Assembly (NCBI GenBank): GCA_038064195.1 | Contig: JBBTTO010000002.1 | Location: forward strand, 205,356 to 269,355 | Reading direction: 5' to 3' | Source of the DNA: Patescibacteria group bacterium | GTDB lineage: Bacteria; Patescibacteriota; Microgenomatia; Levybacterales; UBA12049 | Length of the DNA stretch: 64,000 bases | Shown here: in pieces, positions 39,215-48,917 of the stretch | Position numbering within the stretch: the first letter of the stretch is position 1 | Layout: every line of letters starts with the position of its first letter | Notes under the pieces: model-generated | The model's database searches: none | The model's input: only the letters and a program-made list of their open reading frames with translations | What the model was told of the DNA's origin: nothing | Program-made: the position numbers and the translations under genes

Positions 39215-40141
39215 ATGGAGAACACACCCTTTACAGTTAAAGAAATCGTAAATGCAGATGGTTATGGCGAGTTCGTCATTGAGCCTCTGGAGCCGGGTTA
39301 TGGGTATACCATTGGTAATGCTCTGCGTCGTGTACTTTACACATCTATCTCAGGCGCGGCAGTTACAGAGGTAAGAATCAGTGGTGTTAAGCATAAATTT
39401 TCAACAGTTGATGGCCTTAAAGAAAATGTTATTGATATCCTCCTTAATATTAAAGAATTAAACCTCAAGCTTGCTGAGGGGAAGGATTCCGCAACGCTCA
39501 ATCTTTCGGTAAAAGGTGCACGTGAAATTAAAGCCTCAGATTTTGAGGAAACAGACAGTGTTGAGGTCATTAATAAGGATCATTATATCGGTTCACTTTC
39601 AGGTAAATCAGCCAAGCTTGAGATTGAGCTGCTTGTTGAGCGGGGAATGGGTTATTCTTTAGCTGAAGACAGAAAGTCCTCAACAGTCGGTGTTATTCAG
39701 ACAGATGCGATTTTCTCACCTATTCGTCGAGTTACTTATAACGTCGAAGCAACCCGTGTCGGTCGTCAGACTAATTTAGATAAGCTTACCTTAAAGATTT
39801 GGACAAATGGTACTGTTGATCCCAAAGACGCACTGGAAAAAGCAGCCCGTATTTTGTCAAATTCTTTCCTGCAAATTTACGAACCTCAAGCACTAGCTGC
39901 TTCCGAAGAGACAGCAACGACCACCGCATCAATTCCGTCTGCATTGGCTAAAATGACTATTGATGAGTTAGATCTTCCAACCAGAATATATAACAGCTTA
40001 CGCAACGGGGGCATTGAAACGGTTGAGCAACTTCTCCAGACTCCTCGTAAAGATCTTATTTCTATGCGTAATATGGGTGGTAAATCCATCTCTGTTATTG
40101 AAGAAAAGTTAAAAGAAAAAGGTGTATCTTTTTCAATCTAA
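39215..40141 (+). CDS. rpoA: RNA polymerase alpha subunit
   Basis: EPLEPGYGYTIGNALRR, DAIFSP, alpha-CTD IDELDL.TR.YNSL. Confidence 0.98.
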   Translation: MENTPFTVKEIVNADGYGEFVIEPLEPGYGYTIGNALRRVLYTSISGAAVTEVRISGVKHKFSTVDGLKENVIDILLNIKELNLKLAEGKDSATLNLSVKGAREIKASDFEETDSVEVINKDHYIGSLSGKSAKLEIELLVERGMGYSLAEDRKSSTVGVIQTDAIFSPIRRVTYNVEATRVGRQTNLDKLTLKIWTNGTVDPKDALEKAARILSNSFLQIYEPQALAASEETATTTASIPSALAKMTIDELDLPTRIYNSLRNGGIETVEQLLQTPRKDLISMRNMGGKSISVIEEKLKEKGVSFSI

Positions 40142-40142
40142 T

Positions 40143-40265
40143 AAAGATATTAAGATAGTAGGAGACTAACCTGCCTGACGGCAGGCAGGGATATTAAGAG
40201 TAAGAGAAGAGTTCCTCAGATTGCCCCTTAATATCTTAATTACTTACCATCCTAATATCTTTTTT
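40143..40265. repeat. ~9-nt periodic hairpin with nested 20-bp palindrome cctgcctgacggcaggcagg (40170-40189)
   Basis: aaagatattaagatagtagg ... cttaatatcttaattacttaccatcctaatatcttt; left arm interrupted by a GC-rich palindrome. Confidence 0.75.
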
Positions 40266-40270
40266 TATAT

Positions 40271-40293
40271 GATCCTTCGATAAACTCAGGATC
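40271..40293. repeat. REP-like hairpin gatccttcgataaactcaggatc
   Basis: gatcct/aggatc stem; resembles the element inside the helicase at 62509-62545. Confidence 0.55.
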
Positions 40294-40312
40294 ATAATGA
40301 GCAGAGTCAATT

Positions 40313-40849
40313 ATGAGAAAACAAGTTTTCGGCAGAAAGTTTAAGCGGGATACAAATGAAAGAAAGGCTCTTTTTAAGAGTCTGGCTTCTTCATTGGTAA
40401 TGTACGAACGCATAGAGACTACCGAAGAAAAGGCAAAAGCAATTAAAGGTCATGTCGAGAAAATGGTAACAAAAGTTAATACCAATACTTCAGAACACGC
40501 GCGAAAACTAATACAAGCGTATCTCACTAATGAGGCCTTAGCTAAAATGATGACTGATATTGCCCCCCGATTTACTAAACGCCCCGGAGGCTATACCCGC
40601 ATTCTCAAAACACGGAGCAGGTTCTCAGATGATGCGTCAATGGCTATTATCGAATGGGTAGAGAAAGCACCAGTTGTCGGTAGTAAAGTTGTCAGTGGCA
40701 AGAAAGAGGTTCAAGACGAAGTCGTAGTAACGGCAACTACAACAACTTCTGATAAGAAAGTCAAGACTGCAGCAAAAACTCAGACTAAGAAAATACCTCT
40801 AAAATCTTCAACTAAAAAAACAACAACTAAAAAAAAGGAGACTAAATAA
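40313..40849 (+). CDS. rplQ: 50S ribosomal protein L17 with Lys/Thr-rich C-terminal tail
   Basis: IETTEEKAK, RPGGYTRI. Confidence 0.96.
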   Translation: MRKQVFGRKFKRDTNERKALFKSLASSLVMYERIETTEEKAKAIKGHVEKMVTKVNTNTSEHARKLIQAYLTNEALAKMMTDIAPRFTKRPGGYTRILKTRSRFSDDASMAIIEWVEKAPVVGSKVVSGKKEVQDEVVVTATTTTSDKKVKTAAKTQTKKIPLKSSTKKTTTKKKETK

Positions 40850-41286
40850 TGAAAGTACAAACAAAAGCCACCAAACAGGCAGAGATTCAGCATTTGTGGC
40901 ATCTTGTTGATGTGAAAGAGCAAACTTTAGGAAGAATTGCGACAGTGATCGCAGAGAAATTAATGGGTAAAACAAAGCCTCAGTTTGTTCGTAATCTTGA
41001 TTGCGGGGATTACGTCGTCGTTACCAACGCGGCCCTAATTAAAGTAACGGGGAGGAAAGAGGAGCAGAAGGTCTATGCGCGTCACTCAGGTTATCCCGGG
41101 GGCTTCCGTTCAGAGACGTTAAAAGAATTAAGAACCCGAAAGCCCGAGGAAATTATTATGCACGCAGTTAAGGGAATGTTGCCTGATAATAGGCTTCGTG
41201 CTACAATGCTTACGCGTTTGTTCGTTTTTTCAGGCAGTGAGCATCCTTATAATGAAAAGTTTGTCAGTAAAGGAGAAAAAAAATAA
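40849..41286 (+). CDS. rplM: 50S ribosomal protein L13
   Basis: LGRIAT, DCGDYVVV, HSGYPGG, AVKGMLP. Confidence 0.98.
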   Translation: MKVQTKATKQAEIQHLWHLVDVKEQTLGRIATVIAEKLMGKTKPQFVRNLDCGDYVVVTNAALIKVTGRKEEQKVYARHSGYPGGFRSETLKELRTRKPEEIIMHAVKGMLPDNRLRATMLTRLFVFSGSEHPYNEKFVSKGEKK

Positions 41287-41287
41287 T

Positions 41288-41767
41288 ATGGCAGCCGCAA
41301 AATCTCAAATAGTCGAAAGAAAGACCCACACGAGGGGGAATTATATTAACGCAGTTGGTCGTCGTAAAGAAGCGGTCGCCCGAGTTCGTTTACATGAAAC
41401 AGTTCAGGAGGGGATGATGTGGGGTAAAATTGAAATTAAAAAAGGAGATATCGTTGTTAACGAGAAAATGATTTCTGAGTACTTCCCCGGTGAAGTTAAT
41501 CGTTTTAAGTATACAGAGCCTCTTCGAGTAGCAAATGCCCAGAATAAGTATACTATTACCATCAGTGTTTCAGGCGGGGGGCCAGCGGGACAACTGGATG
41601 CCGTAGTTAATGGTCTGGCTCATGCTCTTGCCAACGCTGATAGTGAAGCCTTTAAGCCTGCTCTCCGCAAGCAAGGGCTTCTTACCCGCGATGCCCGTGT
41701 TCGTGAGCGCCGTAAAGTCGGTACAGGTGGAAAAGCTCGTCGTAAGAAACAGTCTCCAAAGCGCTAA
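41288..41767 (+). CDS. rpsI: 30S ribosomal protein S9
   Basis: GRRKEAVARV, GGG..GQ, LLTRDAR, ERRK, QSPKR; start ATG 41288. Confidence 0.97.
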   Translation: MAAAKSQIVERKTHTRGNYINAVGRRKEAVARVRLHETVQEGMMWGKIEIKKGDIVVNEKMISEYFPGEVNRFKYTEPLRVANAQNKYTITISVSGGGPAGQLDAVVNGLAHALANADSEAFKPALRKQGLLTRDARVRERRKVGTGGKARRKKQSPKR

Positions 41768-41791
41768 ATACAGACATCTCCACTTTGTGGT

Positions 41792-42394
41792 TCAGCAGAT
41801 TATTTCTACGTCGTCTGCTTGTCCCAAACTTTCTATTGCCTGAACCAGACTTTTTGCGGGGATCTTATTAAAATCTATGTCTTCTTTTTTTGCAGTCACC
41901 AGACCCTGGATAATACGTCTTGCTTTACATGCCTCCTCTTTCTTAAGGTATTCAACTTGGATTGAGCTTTCAATATAACTGATATCTACAATTTTGATTG
42001 ACGCGAAAAAAAGACTGGTCTCAAGAAAAATATCGGCTATATTTTTGATGGGTATGGTATGTAAATGAGCAGTAGCAAAGAAATATCTTTTGATAACGTT
42101 TACCTGGGCGATTTCAACTGTGATTTCATCTGTAAATAAATCAAAAGGGAAGACATTTGATAAATGAAAAAGTGGTTGATGTGAACCGCGAACGAGTGTA
42201 TTCAAGCGTTCCTCATTAACTTTTTCATTTTTTATTGCTTCTATTCGTACTTCCTGAGTTGCATCAATTTCATTTTTTTTGCGGTAATTTTTGAGGGAGG
42301 GATAATTTGTACTAACGTAGCTGTAGTCCTGAGCTATATGAGAGTTATTTATCTTAGTGTCTTTATTTTCTGTAATATAGAGCGAGTTATGCAT
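41792..42394 (-). CDS. Hypothetical protein, possible bacterial PH-like domain
   Basis: 200-aa ORF; beta-rich core FPFDLFTDEI...IPIKNIADI; start uncertain. Confidence 0.55.
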   Translation of the reverse strand: MHNSLYITENKDTKINNSHIAQDYSYVSTNYPSLKNYRKKNEIDATQEVRIEAIKNEKVNEERLNTLVRGSHQPLFHLSNVFPFDLFTDEITVEIAQVNVIKRYFFATAHLHTIPIKNIADIFLETSLFFASIKIVDISYIESSIQVEYLKKEEACKARRIIQGLVTAKKEDIDFNKIPAKSLVQAIESLGQADDVEIIC

Positions 42395-42512
42395 CAGGTA
42401 ATGATGACATAAAAGCTGTAAAAAACGATATGAATAGTGTAAGAATTAAGTAGCAGTCTCAGTCGGGGTACTTTCCTTGACGTATTTATAGGTCGTGTGA
42501 TACGGTAGGCGT

Positions 42513-42851
42513 ATGGGGATATTTATTTATTTGCTTGTAAACGGATTTACTATTTTTGTCGCGGCGCAAGTACTCTCAGGTGTGCATGTCAATAATTTTT
42601 TTACGGCCATAGTAGTAGCTGTTATTCTTGGAATCGTGAATACTCTCATCAAGCCTATTCTTGTACTGCTTACGCTTCCGTTGACAGTCCTTACATTCGG
42701 ACTGTTTGCCTTCATAATCAACGCCTTTATGGTTCTTGTGGTCAGTAGAATAGTTCCCGGTTTTGAAGTAGACGGATTTTTGTGGGCGTTACTTTTCAGC
42801 CTGGTTATTGCAATTATATCCTCGTTCCTGAATTCGTTATTGAAGAGGTAA
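42513..42851 (+). CDS. YvlD-like 4-TM membrane protein (holin 4_2 family)
   Basis: LGIVNTLIKPIL.LLTLP.T.LT.GLF..IINA, VPGFEV. Confidence 0.85.
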   Translation: MGIFIYLLVNGFTIFVAAQVLSGVHVNNFFTAIVVAVILGIVNTLIKPILVLLTLPLTVLTFGLFAFIINAFMVLVVSRIVPGFEVDGFLWALLFSLVIAIISSFLNSLLKR

Positions 42852-43418
42852 TTAGTTCTCGTCTACCACAAGTTCTTTTGCGAAAAGATATCCCCACATA
42901 ATGGCAGCTGGAAGAAGATTCTCAAATTTGTCCACGTTAAATTCTCTTCCTCGTAAACTAAACCTACGAATATACTGTTGGGTATTGAGATGAGTAATGA
43001 AAAGCTCCATAACCTGACTGACAGGTGGTTGGACTTTAATTCCCTCAGAAAGAGTTCTGCCTATTTTTTGTCGTGCCAAACGAATATCTTCATCCTCCTT
43101 ACGGATTCGATAGGGAAGATATCCTTTAGTCAGACTTCTCTCCTTAAGATATATTTGTACACCCCCGGTCATAGAGAGATAAAGCATACCATAGAGGCGG
43201 GTACGGGAGACCTCCTCAGGGGATGGAATAGGATTATAGAGAAGTTGGCTAAAGATGTTAGAAGCTTTTCTGCAATGGACAAGAAGATCTTCAGGAAGAT
43301 AAAATTTTGAAAGAGCACTATCATGGGTATATTGATCCATAGAATACACAATATCCTCCCAAATTCTCTGGACAGACGGATCAAGTTGTTGTTCTTGCTT
43401 GCTGGGCAGTCGTTTCAT
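42852..43418 (-). CDS. Hypothetical protein
   Basis: 188-aa ORF filling the gap; no recognised motif. Confidence 0.6.
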   Translation of the reverse strand: MKRLPSKQEQQLDPSVQRIWEDIVYSMDQYTHDSALSKFYLPEDLLVHCRKASNIFSQLLYNPIPSPEEVSRTRLYGMLYLSMTGGVQIYLKERSLTKGYLPYRIRKEDEDIRLARQKIGRTLSEGIKVQPPVSQVMELFITHLNTQQYIRRFSLRGREFNVDKFENLLPAAIMWGYLFAKELVVDEN

Positions 43419-43534
43419 ATCAAAATCGGATACTGTATATGGTCATTATTAGCATATACACAATCAATTATGAAATGCAAGCAGATTAGCTCAAGTGTTA
43501 TAATTAATTATGCGACTTTTCCCGCGAAATCTTA

Positions 43535-43768
43535 TTGTCCGAAATCTCGACGGATTTTTTTCCGCCAACAATCGCGTTACTTTACGTCATTTTTATCTCA
43601 ATCTATATCCTGTCGAAGATGTTAGCAACTCGAAGAACTATTTCTGAGAAGGAATATCTTGTGAACGCGCTTGAGATGGTTGAAGAGGCAGTTATCAATG
43701 ATCTGGATCTTGAGGAAAAAAAGCGGGCTCAGTTTTATCTGGGGAAAAGTGATTCAGGCGATCCCTAA
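43535..43768 (+). CDS. Small hypothetical protein with one hydrophobic segment (start uncertain)
   Basis: TTG-start ORF; see finding on the T7 run. Confidence 0.4.
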   Translation: MSEISTDFFPPTIALLYVIFISIYILSKMLATRRTISEKEYLVNALEMVEEAVINDLDLEEKKRAQFYLGKSDSGDP

Positions 43769-43823
43769 GCAATCGATCGGGAAGAACACTCTTTATGAAC
43801 ATTTAATGGTATAATTCACTACT

Positions 43824-44795
43824 ATGTTAATTGATAACGTTATTATTACCGTTGAAGGTGGCTCAGGTGGTAACGGGGCTATTTCCTTTCGACGGAACGA
43901 AGGTAATCCCATGGGCGGTCCGGATGGAGGTAATGGAGGCAATGGTGGAGATGTCTATTTTGTCGGGATTAATGATCTGACTGCGTTAGACAAGTTTCAA
44001 TATAAGAAAATCTGGAAAGCTCAGGATGGTGTTCCCGGGAAGAAAAAAAATCTTTTTGGTAAGAATGCTCCGGATCTGATTATCTCACTCCCTTTAGGAA
44101 CAAGGGTTACTGACGAATCGGGGGAAGAAATACTTGAGATAGAAGACACCGAAAGAAAACATCTTATTGCACATGGAGGTAAAGGCGGAAGAGGTAACAA
44201 TGAGTTCAAATCAGCGACTAATCAAGCTCCTCGGATTGCTGAGCAGGGTGAGATAGGTGAAAAAAAAGTTTTGGCATTACAATTACGACTCATCGCTGAC
44301 ATCGGCTTAATCGGGCTTCCGAATGCGGGTAAGAGTACACTCCTGTCACTTTTGACCAGCGCAAAGCCGAAAATAGGTGATTATCCCTTCACAACGCTTG
44401 AGCCGAATGTCGGGATGATGGATGGGGTAATGCTGGCTGATATTCCCGGACTTATTGAGGGGGCAAGTAGTGGCAAGGGGTTAGGGATTACCTTTTTAAA
44501 GCATATTGAGAAGACACATCTACTTGTTCACTGTGTTGATGCAGTCCAACCCAATCTTTTAGGTAACTATAATATTGTAAGAGACGAGTTTGCTAAGTTT
44601 AACCCTGAGCTACTTACTAAACCGGAAATTATTATTCTTACCAAAACTGATGAGATATCCGAGGAGAGTTTGAAGTCTCAGTTGGAGAGTCTTCAGAATA
44701 CCAAGCGAGAAATACTACCTATGAGTATTCTTGATGATGATAGCGTTATTACAGTTCGTGAGCGATTACTTGCTCTTTATAGAGAATATAAGTAG
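43824..44795 (+). CDS. obgE: GTPase ObgE (no C-terminal extension)
   Basis: Gly-rich Obg domain, GLPNAGKST, YPFTT, DIPG, TKTD. Confidence 0.96.
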   Translation: MLIDNVIITVEGGSGGNGAISFRRNEGNPMGGPDGGNGGNGGDVYFVGINDLTALDKFQYKKIWKAQDGVPGKKKNLFGKNAPDLIISLPLGTRVTDESGEEILEIEDTERKHLIAHGGKGGRGNNEFKSATNQAPRIAEQGEIGEKKVLALQLRLIADIGLIGLPNAGKSTLLSLLTSAKPKIGDYPFTTLEPNVGMMDGVMLADIPGLIEGASSGKGLGITFLKHIEKTHLLVHCVDAVQPNLLGNYNIVRDEFAKFNPELLTKPEIIILTKTDEISEESLKSQLESLQNTKREILPMSILDDDSVITVRERLLALYREYK

Positions 44796-44875
44796 CTAAG
44801 ATTTCTTTTGAATATCCGGTATTCTGTAATCCTCCTTGACGAAGTCCCTAGTATCAGTTACTATATTTCTCTATT

Positions 44876-45433
44876 ATGGATTCCAAACAACAAGCCTCAG
44901 ATTCTTGTCCCAAATGCGGACAGCCTCTCGGTGATATAGTAACTACCGCTTCCGGACGTAAATTGCAGCGTTGCTCCACATCCGTTTGGGATCCGAATAC
45001 GCGAAGTAATACCGGATGTGACTTTGTTAAATGGCTTGAGGTAGAGCCACAACAGCTTGATGAGAAGTGCCCTAAGTGCGGTGCTCCTGTTATCTTGGCG
45101 GTTACGAGGTTTGGTAAAAAAATGAAAAAATGTTCAACCTCCTCCTGGGATAAAGAAGCAAAAAAGGCAATTGGCTGTGACTATATAGAATGGATAAACG
45201 GTACGACAGAGCAGCTTGATGAAGACTGTCCGGAATGCGGCGCAAAATTGGTACTATATACGACGGCAAATGGCAAAAAAATGAAAAAATGCAGTACTTC
45301 AGGCTGGGATAAAGCCGCACGTAAACCAACAGGGTGTACCTATGTTTACTGGTTAAAGCCTTCGGAGTATCCATCCTCAACCCCCCAGGATACAGGTGAG
45401 GAGTTTCTTCCCCCTGCGCCAGAAAATGAGTAA
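44876..45433 (+). CDS. Stand-alone protein of three topoisomerase-type C4 zinc ribbons
   Basis: 3x CPxCG...CSTS.WD...GC..(V/I).W with ~53-aa period. Confidence 0.8.
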   Translation: MDSKQQASDSCPKCGQPLGDIVTTASGRKLQRCSTSVWDPNTRSNTGCDFVKWLEVEPQQLDEKCPKCGAPVILAVTRFGKKMKKCSTSSWDKEAKKAIGCDYIEWINGTTEQLDEDCPECGAKLVLYTTANGKKMKKCSTSGWDKAARKPTGCTYVYWLKPSEYPSSTPQDTGEEFLPPAPENE

Positions 45434-45716
45434 GTATAAAGAAGTATTCCAGGATATGGTGGATTATAACGGTGAGGTTTTTGCTTCATTTCAAAAACTT
45501 CATGACGCCTATTCACTTAATCCTCAACAGCTTCAAAAAGCCTTCAATCAAGAAGGTGAGCGTGTTTTGAGGATTATTAGAAAATATGAGAACATTCTCT
45601 GTGGTAAGTCTGAGTCAGGTAAGTATGGAAAGTTCTCAAGTACGTTATCTGATAAGTTCTGGGGTGAGGTTCGTCAACGGTTCCCAAATATTGATAAAGT
45701 CGGACTGCTCTCCTAA
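45426..45716 (+). CDS. Hypothetical protein
   Basis: ATG 45426 overlaps the end of the upstream gene; helical 96-aa ORF. Confidence 0.65.
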   Translation: MSKYKEVFQDMVDYNGEVFASFQKLHDAYSLNPQQLQKAFNQEGERVLRIIRKYENILCGKSESGKYGKFSSTLSDKFWGEVRQRFPNIDKVGLLS

Positions 45717-45760
45717 GCCTCGTTTTTTTCTCAGATTTGCGTCATAATAAATTAGTTACT

Positions 45761-46669
45761 ATGTTTTTATTTGACAAGAAAAAACAAGCGGGAACACAGA
45801 GAAGCTTACAGCGATCGTCAATAAAGAAAAATCAGCCTCATTTCATCACGAGATTTCCCATCGGGAAAATTATTTTAGTATTGGGTGTTATCTTTCTTAT
45901 TCTTCTGCTTATTACGCCGGGAAGTTTTATGGGCAAATACTCAGATAGTCTACCTGGTAGTGGATCAAACATAAATGGCAGTCCTGATCTAGAAACAGCC
46001 AATACTCAGCAACTTACCCCCGAACAGCTTCAATCTGAGAAGACTCAGTCTAAGGATTTTTTTATCGGGCCAATTAGGCTATCTCATTCTTCATATATTA
46101 ATGAACAATTAGACTCATTCTCACAAGAGTCAAAAGATTCATCTTCTCAAACTGATGAGTCCCAAAGTAAAGGGGATCAACAGTTTTCTCTTCAAGATAT
46201 TCTTATAAAGCCCTTGGATTATCTCGCCTCTCTAGGATACACAATACGAGTGTCTGTCAGCAATAGTAGTAAAAAAACCACGTTTTATAAATTGGTTGAC
46301 AGTATCTCAAGATACTATGTCAGTTATTCACATTTTCCACACTACGATGTCAGTGCAGAAGACGGCTATAGCTGGGTGACTGAGATGGTCCAGGCTAATG
46401 AAATGTCAGGGACATATGAATATGTCCTTCGCACAACTGCCCCGATGTCATATTGTGGAACAGTTCAACAAAATGGCTACTGTTACAAATCAGATGAGGC
46501 AAATGCGATTCTCTATGTAAGAATAGATGAGCCTTCAGGTCAGGATATTTGCTCTGATCAGGCATTATTCCTTCTCTGGTCTTCACAGGATAATAAAACA
46601 GGAGAATTATGTATGGATCAGGAGCCTATACAGCTCGGAGGATTTAAGTTCTTACCGATCCGTAATTAA
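45761..46669 (+). CDS. Hypothetical single-TM exported protein
   Basis: Basic N-terminus, TM, Ser/Gln-rich linker, Cys-containing domain. Confidence 0.6.
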   Translation: MFLFDKKKQAGTQRSLQRSSIKKNQPHFITRFPIGKIILVLGVIFLILLLITPGSFMGKYSDSLPGSGSNINGSPDLETANTQQLTPEQLQSEKTQSKDFFIGPIRLSHSSYINEQLDSFSQESKDSSSQTDESQSKGDQQFSLQDILIKPLDYLASLGYTIRVSVSNSSKKTTFYKLVDSISRYYVSYSHFPHYDVSAEDGYSWVTEMVQANEMSGTYEYVLRTTAPMSYCGTVQQNGYCYKSDEANAILYVRIDEPSGQDICSDQALFLLWSSQDNKTGELCMDQEPIQLGGFKFLPIRN

Positions 46670-47095
46670 GTGGGGATAATCATTAATCTTTTTAAGAGTC
46701 TTGGTAAATATGTCAGAGTACTCTAGGGGAGGAAGCTTAGTAAAGGTGATCCACCGATACTCGGAGTGATCAGGGCTTAGTTTGATGCTCTCAGATTCTG
46801 TTTGGAGACAAAGATAGACGATCCTTATCACCTGCATGGAAGTATCACTTACTGAATGTCCATTAAGTACAGTAAGAGGATAGAGAGTTCCTGTTTTTAA
46901 ACCGGTCTCTTCAGAGATCTCTCTTTTTATTGCTTGCTGTGGATCCTCACCTAAATCTACAGCTCCTCCCGGAAGCTCCCAAAGATTTGGGTGGGTGTCA
47001 TGAGCTGCTCTTTTTATGATCAGGAACTCTTCTTTTTTGATTTGATTTAAGATCAATCCGTAGACGGCAATTCTTTGCTTGCTAATATCCATCAC
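46652..47095 (-). CDS. NUDIX hydrolase
   Basis: WELPGGAVDLGE...AIKREISEETGL. Confidence 0.92.
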   Translation of the reverse strand: MMDISKQRIAVYGLILNQIKKEEFLIIKRAAHDTHPNLWELPGGAVDLGEDPQQAIKREISEETGLKTGTLYPLTVLNGHSVSDTSMQVIRIVYLCLQTESESIKLSPDHSEYRWITFTKLPPLEYSDIFTKTLKKINDYPHLITDR

Positions 47096-47631
47096 AGTAG
47101 TATAACTATATTAAATCTTGAGAACAAGTTCAGGAGAAGAGGAGAGCGGACTAATACGTTTTCAACTTCACTGATACCTGTTTGGGTGTCGATTCGTGAC
47201 AGTATCTCAACAATAACTTCATCTCCCGAGAGAATTTTTTTCAACCATGGTTCTGTGTCGTCAAACATATCGCTATAAGGGATATCGTCAAAAGTAAACC
47301 AGCGTGGATAGACTCCCGGAGTAGATCTGGGTTCACCACTAAAGCGTCTGCACAGGAAAACAGTGATTGTAAGTGTTTCCTGTCTCACGTCTTTCTCTTG
47401 TAGATCGTAGTAGTGAATGATACCTACTTTTTCTAAGTCGGTTTCGTTAACGTGAATTTTTATCTCCTCATAGAGTTCTCTTATAGCAGCCATTTCCGGA
47501 CTTTCTCTCATCTCCGTATATCCGCTGATACCGTTCCAGGTGATTTTGTTTTGACGGTAGTTACTTTCTGCTAAAAGGATCCTGTCATCATCAATAAGAA
47601 ATGTAATGACAGCGTTACGTCTGTCAGTCAT
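47092..47631 (-). CDS. NUDIX hydrolase (8-oxo-dGTPase/NUDT1-like)
   Basis: WNGISG..E..ESPEMAAIRELYEE, PRWF, IPY..MF.D. Confidence 0.8.
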   Translation of the reverse strand: MTDRRNAVITFLIDDDRILLAESNYRQNKITWNGISGYTEMRESPEMAAIRELYEEIKIHVNETDLEKVGIIHYYDLQEKDVRQETLTITVFLCRRFSGEPRSTPGVYPRWFTFDDIPYSDMFDDTEPWLKKILSGDEVIVEILSRIDTQTGISEVENVLVRSPLLLNLFSRFNIVILL

Positions 47632-47645
47632 ATTGATAGTTTTGG

Positions 47646-48797
47646 TTATTCAACATGAATTTGCTTGTTTATCTGTATAGAAAATTTTCCTCTGAGAAGT
47701 GCTGATATTTCCTCCGAGAGCTTTGTGATGCCGTATTGATTTTTTACCGATATAAAAAGAGCTGTATCGTCTATGAAATAGTTTTGTAGAGATTTTTTTT
47801 CAGCAGAGGTAAGTTTGTCTGATTTATTGAGAACATAGAGGGTTGGCTTGTTAACGACTCCTAAATCTTTAAGAATTTTTTTGACGGTAGAAACTTTTCT
47901 TTCCCAATCCTCATCAGCTGCATCAATCACATGCAGAAGCAGGTTTGCCTGAAGCGATTCCATCAAGGTTGAACGGAAAGCATTAATCAAGCTTGCCGGA
48001 AGGTTACGTATAAAACCAATAGTATCAGACACTACGACCTCCTCCGCAACATCGGCGAGAAATAACTTCCCAACGTGACTGTCAAGGGTCGCAAAAAGGG
48101 CATTCTCAACTAATTGTTTTTTCCCTGTAAGGAGATTGAAGAGTGAGGTTTTACCTGCGTTGGTATACCCGACAATGGAAACTGTTTTTATACCCATGCG
48201 CTCACGATGTATAAGCTGTCTTTGTCTATCATCGGACAATTTTAGCAGTCGTTTTTCAACTTTTCCGATTTGATCCCGCCAGTGGCGTTTCATAAGCTCG
48301 GTGTTCGTTTCTCCAATGCCACGGGTACCTATACTTCCCCCTTGGCGAGATAGTATATAGCCCATACCATAGATACGGGGCCCCATATGTCGCATTGCAG
48401 CCAGTTCAATTTGAAGTTTTGCTTCAGTAGTATGGGCGTGACGGGAGAAGATGTGGAGAATAAGATCGACGCGGTCCCAGACTTCAATTGTCGGCTTGGA
48501 GGACTGAAGTATCTTTCTCATATCAAAGATATGCCCGGGTTTGACAATGGCATTCAAAACTACGACGTTAATGTCTTTTGTTTTTATACAATCCGCAATT
48601 TCTTGTATTTTCCCATTGCCTAAATACAGCCCTTTATCATGAATTTCTCTTTTTTGTAAAACATATTCTATTGTCTGGCCTGCGTAGGAATCAATCAGTT
48701 CTTTAACTTCTTTTATATCTTGAAAAGCATCGCTATCAGAGAGGGTGTGCGGGAGGATGCTGGCAATAAGAAATTTTTTATGATCAGAAGGAGTCAT
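47646..48797 (-). CDS. hflX: GTPase HflX
   Basis: EAKLQIELA, GIGE, GYTNAGKTS, LFATLD, DTIGF, NKSD; ATG 48797 (TTG 48821 possible). Confidence 0.95.
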   Translation of the reverse strand: MTPSDHKKFLIASILPHTLSDSDAFQDIKEVKELIDSYAGQTIEYVLQKREIHDKGLYLGNGKIQEIADCIKTKDINVVVLNAIVKPGHIFDMRKILQSSKPTIEVWDRVDLILHIFSRHAHTTEAKLQIELAAMRHMGPRIYGMGYILSRQGGSIGTRGIGETNTELMKRHWRDQIGKVEKRLLKLSDDRQRQLIHRERMGIKTVSIVGYTNAGKTSLFNLLTGKKQLVENALFATLDSHVGKLFLADVAEEVVVSDTIGFIRNLPASLINAFRSTLMESLQANLLLHVIDAADEDWERKVSTVKKILKDLGVVNKPTLYVLNKSDKLTSAEKKSLQNYFIDDTALFISVKNQYGITKLSEEISALLRGKFSIQINKQIHVE

Positions 48798-48917
48798 GAG
48801 ATATGTGTCTAATGATAACAAAAATTCAGGAAAATGCTATGGGGATTGTAAAATGCATTCCATTAAACAGCAGTGCTTGTTTGTTGTGCGTAGCTATGGC
48901 ACAATAGGGTACATTTA

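Noticed and set aside
42513-42851. Holin-family gene as a sign of a prophage
   Set aside because: The YvlD-like family is common in core genomes; no endolysin, integrase or structural genes nearby
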